A DNA stretch of 64,000 bases from Chiloscyllium plagiosum (taxonomy: Eukaryota). Positions within the stretch are counted from its first letter, which is position 1. Every line of letters begins with the position of its first letter. The translations under genes and the position numbers were made by a program. Location: positions 53,501,282-53,565,281 of the forward strand of contig NC_057719.1 in assembly GCF_004010195.1 (NCBI RefSeq), given 5' to 3'. The notes beneath the pieces were generated by a model that was given only the letters and a program-made list of their open reading frames with translations, made no database searches and had not been told where the DNA came from. Positions 63,440 through 64,000 of this stretch are shown here, piece by piece.

Positions 63440-64000
63440 CAATCTGTCTTCATGAACTGCAATAGTTCATTTACTGTAGATAGACCTACAATGCGAATAG
63501 GAATGGAATTCCAGGAATTCAAACCTATGACACTGAAGCCAACATTTTTCCAAGTCAAATGACTTGAAGAGGAACTTACAGGTTGTGGTGTTCCAATGTA
63601 TCTGCTGCCATGGTGGTAGTGGTCATAAGTTTGGAAGGTGCTGTCTCAAGAGCATTATATCTTGATGAATTTCTGCATTATATCTCATATATGTATACAC
63701 TGCTCCTTCTGAATGTTGGAGGAGGTGGTGCCAATCAAGCAGGGTGCTTTATCCTGGATGATATCAAGCTTCTTGAGTGTTGTTGGAGCTGCATTCATCC
63801 AGGCAAGTGGGGAGTATTCCATCATACTCCTGACCTGGGCCTCTTACATCATGTGCAGACTTTAGGCATAAGGAGGGAGTCACTCACTGCCAGATTCTTA
63901 GGCTCTTACCTGCTCTTGTACCCACAGTATTTAAATAGCTAATACAGTTCAGTTTCTGGTCAACGGCAACCCCCAGAGTGTTGATTGTGGAGGATTCAGC
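63440..64000 (-). mobile_element. Fragment of the LINE family seen at 13500-15325 and 53590-53995
   Basis: Reverse complement of the same 3' region (ttggaaggtgctgtc, tacactgct). Confidence 0.65.

Noticed and set aside
1..64000. CRISPR arrays, prokaryotic operons or defence systems
   Set aside because: No regularly spaced repeats or gene-dense coding; the content is vertebrate transposon-derived DNA.

Overview
This is eukaryotic, repeat-dominated intergenic or intronic DNA from a cartilaginous fish, most likely a shark (inferred from HE1-type SINEs, CR1/HER1-type LINEs and the Penelope repeats). No intact host protein-coding gene, rRNA, tRNA or CRISPR array can be supported. The window holds many CR1 LINE pieces, including a near full-length copy at ~27836-31812 and a young 3' copy at ~46925-48412. 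It also holds five HE1 SINEs and a decayed Gmr1-type Gypsy element (SCAN-like Gag, integrase upstream of RT, 3' LTR) at ~33130-38330. Other elements are two solo LTRs, a second decayed Gypsy lineage, PIF/Harbinger transposase remnants, and RTE and Rex1/Babar fragments. The most distinctive signal is about 15 Penelope-derived inserts carrying minimal hammerhead-ribozyme motifs (CTGANGA-stem II-GAAA-palindrome-NUH) in three sequence families. Many are fold-back inserts with 10-15 bp target-site duplications (TSDs), and their junctions cluster at the 5' edge of the ribozyme core. Penelope hammerheads are a known class, so novelty would lie in the shark families and the junction pattern. There are two 500-N gaps. 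Family names come from motif recognition by eye, and boundaries without a TSD are approximate.
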